Shown piece after piece: positions 59,801 through 64,000 of a DNA stretch of 64,000 nucleotides (within the stretch, counting starts at the first letter, position 1; each line of letters begins with the position of its first letter). The notes below the pieces were generated by a model. The model saw nothing but the letters and a program-made list of their open reading frames with translations, was not told the DNA's origin and did not search any database. The position numbers and the translations under genes are program-made. This DNA is from a bacterium (GTDB lineage Bacteria > UBA8248), in the NCBI GenBank assembly GCA_022825065.1, contig JAJDYR010000022.1, forward strand, positions 203,802 to 267,801, in the 5' to 3' direction.

Positions 59801-60274
59801 CGTTACGAGGACGGTGGGGAAAATTTATCCAGGCAGGAGAAAATCATGCTCTCGACCATCGAAAAAGCCCTGTTTCTGAAAGGCGTCAACATGTTCGAGA
59901 CGATGAGCGCGGATGAACTGAAAATACTGAGCAACATTTCCAGGGAAATCCAGATTGAGGCGGGCAAGGTTCTTTTCGAGCAAGGAGACTCTTGCGACTA
60001 TCTCTACGTCATCGTGGACGGGGAAATCGAAATCATCCTCAATCAGGAGGACGCAGAGCCCAGGATTCTCGCCACGCTCGGCCCGCCGACCTCTTTCGGC
60101 GAAATCGCGCTCTTTGGCGATGAGGGCAGGAGCGCAGGCGCGCGCGCGAGCAAGGACACCTCTTTGCTCGGCATCGAGAAAGAACCCCTTCTCGAACTGA
60201 TTCACGAGCACCCCACCATCTCCATCGCCATCATCGGCCAACTGGCCGGCATCATCAGAAGCCAGAACGAATAG
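56867..60274 (+). CDS. NTT/Npt-like MFS membrane domain + HEAT repeats + cyclic-nucleotide-binding domain
   Basis: About 12 TM helices with KRLVP and LLYNAV motifs; HEAT-like repeats (PEVRARAV, KVREAAL, LVRRQAV, PYVREAA); C-terminal FGEIAL...RSA phosphate-binding cassette. Confidence 0.9.
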   Translation: MSEMAKLLKKAFNIQEEELLVFSVFFFFYFLIGVQFSIGLTVSEALFLSEIGPGFLPYMYIFNALMIIFISTFYSSLTEKLSIPAMFKTVLIFFIALVFGIKLLIFADFRAYAMPIAFPLLHTLFVMFTNMLPNNFRALYGQYLDVLQSKRLVPIILTGGRYGGIVGGLAIPLLIPVLGSVSNLLYVWIGAIVVSIGVVQYAEWRLRDHLIDDARPKKRKTKKTASKGGNLALMKTNRYVCAFALFSFIVVILRSFQDFQYSLVFREVFPDRAQLASFLGYFTAIGSAFSLLVQTFITPRIIKRLGLGTANLLYPLTTIIGLAGMAISPGFYSAVFLRFNNKNLQESIRNAINALLYNAVSPSIRARVGAFVAGQVVAVASIVSGVALLIIKPTGLALFPLSAGQLALISLFIAFAYLAVGFFVRREYGAALRRMLEERNLGLFRYAQEGFGPVDDENMAILRKNIREGDDDLCVFTARMMAESGRSETFSIILGEIPRRKGYAAAELLKILARAPGAEEGEKMRPLLLEYLTCGEPVLQCAAMDAAETVGLTDETAELVHENLENRSPEVRARAVELLVRSDDLFWLANGLQTLHRMLNEEDAAARVCALRCMGELQNPRFIRRLIPYLYQEEEKVREAALEAIEVLALNQGVDEEKMEEVIRVTTSDESAAIRRRGVRQLGNKGSRENFERVLTALSDVDSLVRRQAVDSLKNMKRKGTLSLEGSGLISFAAPLLFRSAKNGSREMSAQEIVDSLSGFAVEHLKEVYGVINHLHVIESRENASAFTMLRKALEDVVAERQLVLLELLGVIGDEKTVDTVSESLARGGSSSRAIAIETLSNFSSTGNTRVLILALEPLLLGRSTADKVSEGRKLWEIPDESIGEVLSTYMNSENAWLQAIALDAAGKHLQSEAGGAAAEWREQFRARATEDDPYVREAAVAALKIIGKDEDDVEAFLRTMENDENQMVRIQVRRELLRYEDGGENLSRQEKIMLSTIEKALFLKGVNMFETMSADELKILSNISREIQIEAGKVLFEQGDSCDYLYVIVDGEIEIILNQEDAEPRILATLGPPTSFGEIALFGDEGRSAGARASKDTSLLGIEKEPLLELIHEHPTISIAIIGQLAGIIRSQNE

Positions 60275-60401
60275 CCTGGAGAAGGAGCGGAAGCGGGGGC
60301 ATGAACGCCCGCCTTCTTCTTCGTGAACCACCTTGTGTTTTCTGCATATTCCCGCCGTATGCAGGCTGAATTACGCTACGTTAAAACTACCCGCTCTGCG
60401 G

Positions 60402-60430
60402 TTGACGCCCGTCCTGCCCATACCTATAAT
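60402..60430 (+). promoter_or_regulatory. Near-consensus sigma70 promoter of the octaheme cytochrome gene
   Basis: TTGACG-17 bp-TATAAT. Confidence 0.8.
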
Positions 60431-60498
60431 CAGCCGGATTTTAGCCAAAGAACCCGGATTTTCCGCTCAGAACGCCGGTGGGGGAGCGTTTTTTCACG

Positions 60499-63426
60499 AT
60501 GCAAGGTCGAGACTTCAAGCCTCCGGAAGAGAAAACCAGTCCTATATCGTTTTTCATCGTGGGGCTCATCATGGTCGCGGTGACGTTCTGGACCGTCTGG
60601 GACGAAGCGTTCACGCGCAGACCATGGAAACAATACCAGAAACAGTTCAACGCCTATGAAAAAGGCCAGGTAGAGAAAAAGCTCGCCAGCCTCAAGAAAA
60701 CCACCGGCTCGAAGGTTTCCGAGCTCGACAAGAAAATCGCCGCGCTGCAACAAAAACTCGCGGGCGACGAAGAGTTGAAAAACCTCAAGGAAGAACTCAC
60801 GAAGAGCGAACTCGACGCCTTCGAGAAGGTGCAGGAGCTAGGTTTCAGAAAGGCGCTCTTCGATCAGTCCTACTTCTATCTCCAGGAAGCCATCCGTCAG
60901 GGCCACGACAAAGAAGCCGAGCAAACCGAAGTCGACGAAGCCAAGGCCCTGCTCGATGAGATAACGCCCGTCGCGGCGAAGGCTGAAGCCGCAAGAGACG
61001 CGATAAAAGCGAAGATTGCGGCCAAAGAAAAAGAGCTGAAAACGCTCCAGGCGACGCGGCGGAAAGTGGCGGGTGACATTTCCTTCCAGGAGCGCCGGCT
61101 GAAAGGCATCGCCGCCCGCCCCTATGAGATCAACCAGCTCGTCCTGCGCGAATACGAACGAAACAACTTCAACGAGCCTGTGATGAAGGTGGAACGGTGC
61201 CAGACCTGTCACCTGGGCATCAACCGGGCGGGTTTCGAGGATGCGCCCCAGCCGTTCCGCACGCATCCCAACAGACGCCTTTATCTCACGACGCACGAAT
61301 TCAACAAGGTCGGCTGCACGCTTTGCCACGGAGGACAGGGATCGGCCGTCACCAGCCTCAATACGGCCCACGGCCATGTGCAGTTCTGGGAAGACCCCCT
61401 TCTGCACGGCAGCGAAACACAAACCAAGTGCAGAAGCTGCCACACCGAGATTTTCAACATCCCGGAAGCGCCCAAAATCTCGCGCGGAATCTCCCTCACC
61501 AGGGAACTGGGCTGCAACGGCTGCCACACCCTCCCGGGCACGGAAGGCCTGCGCAAGGTGGGGCCGGACCTCTCGAGAATCCAGGAAAAAGTGGCGCCCG
61601 CCTGGCTCGTCTCCTGGATCAAGAAGCCGAAAGACTACAACCCGCGAACCCGCATGCCCTATTTCAGCTTCACCGATCAGGAAGCGCTGGACATCGCCAC
61701 ATACGTCTGGCGGCAGGGCCCGCGCAAGGTGGAATCCGCCGAGTTCCCGAATCTCGATGACGCCACGCTGATCAAAAAAGGAAAGTCCATCTTTGAAGAA
61801 GTCGGATGCCTGGGTTGTCACATCCGAAACGATAAAGACCTGGAGCTCGGCCCCCCGCTCGAAGGCGTGAACGGCAGGCCCATCGTGTACAGGAACCGCG
61901 ATTTCGCACCGGCGCTCCAGAACATCGGCGCCAAGGTCCAGCCCGACTGGCTGTTCCGCTGGCTCAAGAACCCCAGGTCGTACTGGCACGACACCAAGAT
62001 GCCGAGCCTCCGCCTCACGGATGAGGAAGCGAGCGCGGTCACCACTTACCTCGTCAGCCTCACGCCCCCCGCGAAACGGCCGAAACCCAGAAAACTGGGC
62101 GATGAGGCCTCGTTCGAGCGCGGCAAGAAACTCGTGGCGACGCGCGGGTGTTTCGGCTGCCACGTTATCCCCGGCACCGAGAAACTCTCCAAAATCGGGC
62201 CGGACCTGACGCGCTTCGCGGCCAAAAAGCCGTTCGAGCTCTCATTCGGCAACGTGGTCGACATGCCCCACACCTGGGAGTCGTGGACGTTCGGCAAGCT
62301 GAAAAATCCGCAGCTCTATCAGACCGAGCGCGAGACGCTGCTCATGCCGAACTTCGAATTCTCGGATGCGGAGGTCTCCGCCATACGCACCCTGCTGCGC
62401 TCCATGACGCCACACGGCGCGCCGCACAGCGTCCACCAGGTGCTCGACACGCGCGCCAGGCGCATCGAGAACGGCCGCCGGATGATCGAGAAATACAACT
62501 GCAACGGCTGCCACGTCATCGAGAACTGGGGCGGCGACCTCCTCAGGCGCTATGAAGACAAGACGAACGGCCCGCCCCTGCTGAACGGTGAAGGCCGAAA
62601 GGTGCAGCCCGAGTGGTTCTTCGGCTTCCTGCGCAACGTCGTCACGCTGAGACCCTGGCTCAAGGTGCGGATGCCCAGCTTCCAGATGCCCACCAAAGAC
62701 GCAGCAGCGCTCGTGGATTACTTCGCCGCGCTGGATTCGAAACTCAACCCCTACATCCACTTCGACGCCAAGAGCGTAAGCACGGAAAACCTCCAGGCCG
62801 GCAAAAGGCTCTTCGCCATGGCCGAATGCCTCGCCTGCCACGGCGAATGGCCGCCCCCGCCGGGCCAGGAGCCGCCTACGGCGCCGAACCTCCTGTTCGC
62901 CAAGGAGCGCCTGCGCCCCGACTGGATCGTCGACTGGCTCATCTACCCGGGCAGAATCCAGCCGGGAACCAAGATGCCCAACTTCTTCGAAGGCGCGGGT
63001 TCTCAGGCCCAAATCGTCAAAGGCGTCCGGGGCGAGAAGGAAGACGACCTGTTCATCTACGAACTCGAAGCCACGGAAGAAGTCGAGTTGCCCGAAGAAC
63101 AATTCGCCACCCTTCGCGTCGGCGGCGCCACCCATCTCGTCAAGGTGACGGGGATCGACGAGAAAAAGCTGACCATCTCCTCCCCTACCGACCTCGGAAA
63201 AACCATCGGCAAAGCGACGATAGAGAGTCACGGCGAGCCCATCGACGAGGAACTCCTGGGCGGTGACGCGTACCGGCAAATCCGCGCGATGCGCGACTAC
63301 CTGATGATCGAGACGAATTTCCTGAGGCCCGCCGAGTCCAGCGCGAAGAACGACGCGCCTCAGACCGGGAAGCCCGAAAAAGAGGCCGAAGCCGAACAGT
63401 CCGATAGCGACGCATCGCCGAGCTAG
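60499..63426 (+). CDS. Membrane-anchored octaheme cytochrome c with coiled-coil stalk
   Basis: N-terminal TM, long coiled coil, eight CxxCH (CQTCH, CTLCH, CRSCH, CNGCH, CLGCH, CFGCH, CNGCH, CLACH), repeated GPDL and MP motifs; ggggag SD before the ATG at 60499. Confidence 0.95.
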   Translation: MQGRDFKPPEEKTSPISFFIVGLIMVAVTFWTVWDEAFTRRPWKQYQKQFNAYEKGQVEKKLASLKKTTGSKVSELDKKIAALQQKLAGDEELKNLKEELTKSELDAFEKVQELGFRKALFDQSYFYLQEAIRQGHDKEAEQTEVDEAKALLDEITPVAAKAEAARDAIKAKIAAKEKELKTLQATRRKVAGDISFQERRLKGIAARPYEINQLVLREYERNNFNEPVMKVERCQTCHLGINRAGFEDAPQPFRTHPNRRLYLTTHEFNKVGCTLCHGGQGSAVTSLNTAHGHVQFWEDPLLHGSETQTKCRSCHTEIFNIPEAPKISRGISLTRELGCNGCHTLPGTEGLRKVGPDLSRIQEKVAPAWLVSWIKKPKDYNPRTRMPYFSFTDQEALDIATYVWRQGPRKVESAEFPNLDDATLIKKGKSIFEEVGCLGCHIRNDKDLELGPPLEGVNGRPIVYRNRDFAPALQNIGAKVQPDWLFRWLKNPRSYWHDTKMPSLRLTDEEASAVTTYLVSLTPPAKRPKPRKLGDEASFERGKKLVATRGCFGCHVIPGTEKLSKIGPDLTRFAAKKPFELSFGNVVDMPHTWESWTFGKLKNPQLYQTERETLLMPNFEFSDAEVSAIRTLLRSMTPHGAPHSVHQVLDTRARRIENGRRMIEKYNCNGCHVIENWGGDLLRRYEDKTNGPPLLNGEGRKVQPEWFFGFLRNVVTLRPWLKVRMPSFQMPTKDAAALVDYFAALDSKLNPYIHFDAKSVSTENLQAGKRLFAMAECLACHGEWPPPPGQEPPTAPNLLFAKERLRPDWIVDWLIYPGRIQPGTKMPNFFEGAGSQAQIVKGVRGEKEDDLFIYELEATEEVELPEEQFATLRVGGATHLVKVTGIDEKKLTISSPTDLGKTIGKATIESHGEPIDEELLGGDAYRQIRAMRDYLMIETNFLRPAESSAKNDAPQTGKPEKEAEAEQSDSDASPS

Positions 63427-63444
63427 ACCTGAAGTTTCCAAACA

Positions 63445-63474
63445 AAAGAAGCGCCTCGCAAGGGGCGCTTTTTT
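63445..63474. terminator. Bidirectional rho-independent terminator
   Basis: aagcgcc-tcgcaagg-ggcgctt stem with flanking A and T tracts between convergent genes. Confidence 0.8.
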
Positions 63475-64000
63475 ATTCCCTCTTTCGCCTCACCCGCTCC
63501 TCGTTCACGCGCCTGTGAGCCGCGCGTATCACTTCGGGCAGACGATACCGCGAAGTGGCCGCAAGCACCCAATGGACAGAATCCTCGATGTCGATGAGGT
63601 GCCCGGGTGAGACGTACACGGGCTTCACGCCCTTTCTCGTTCTGAGAACGGCGCCTATCTCCCGCCCATCGGGTGAGTACAGGTGCCGCCAGTCCCCTTT
63701 CTCATCTCCCGGCGGCTCGCCGGCGTCGCCGAACAGGCGGCTTTTGGCGCACCCGATGGAAGGCACGCCCAGGCGGAGGCCCAGGTGCGAGGCGATACCG
63801 AATCCCCTGGGGTGGGCGGCGCCCTGCCCGTCGAAGATAATGAGGTCCGGTTTTTCCCTCAACCCCAAAAAGGCTTTTTCAAGCAAGAAACCCTCCCTGA
63901 AGGAGAGCAGCCCCGGCACGTAGGGAAACCGTAATTCCCCGCTGTGGAACGACTCGTCGATGGGTTGCAAATCCGGCCAGGAGAAAACGACCATGCCCCC
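63473..64000 (-). CDS. nfi: Endonuclease V (5' truncated by window edge)
   Basis: FPYVPGLLSFRE, DGQG.AHPR.FGIASH, IGCAKSRL, PVYVSPGH, YRLPE. Confidence 0.97.
   Translation of the reverse strand, partial: GGMVVFSWPDLQPIDESFHSGELRFPYVPGLLSFREGFLLEKAFLGLREKPDLIIFDGQGAAHPRGFGIASHLGLRLGVPSIGCAKSRLFGDAGEPPGDEKGDWRHLYSPDGREIGAVLRTRKGVKPVYVSPGHLIDIEDSVHWVLAATSRYRLPEVIRAAHRRVNEERVRRKRE

Overview
A gene-dense, high-GC (roughly 60-65% by eye) bacterial chromosomal window with about 60 CDS. I found no rRNA, tRNA, CRISPR array, prophage or transposase gene. The gene content (Cys-type ccm cluster, membrane-anchored octaheme cytochrome, many ABC importers and Ldh_2/SDR oxidoreductases) suggests a Nitrospinota/Tectomicrobia/Desulfobacterota-like organism, but this is inference only. 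Main blocks in order: an Fe3+/polyamine-class ABC importer with two ATPases plus CapA; a complete but variant cytochrome c maturation operon (ccmE-F-x-x-A-B-C-D-H-tlpA-tlpA); ilvC; a desaturase with an amphipathic tail; a catabolic region (hydrolases, SDRs, triple-RidA protein, LIV-type ABC, old yellow enzyme, Zn-ADH, Ldh_2 paralogues, split UxaA/SuyAB-like lyase); a DUF3090/SCO1664 kinase pair; a tetR-htrA-copA-copZ operon; a dpp-type ABC plus HDAC; an octaheme cytochrome c; and a partial nfi. The best candidate for an undescribed system is the co-oriented block at 52.5-60.3 kb. It encodes two unrelated ATP-grasp ligases flanking a DUF1611-like P-loop protein, followed by an NTT-like transporter-HEAT-cNMP fusion. 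All calls come from motif reading by eye; no database searches were run.
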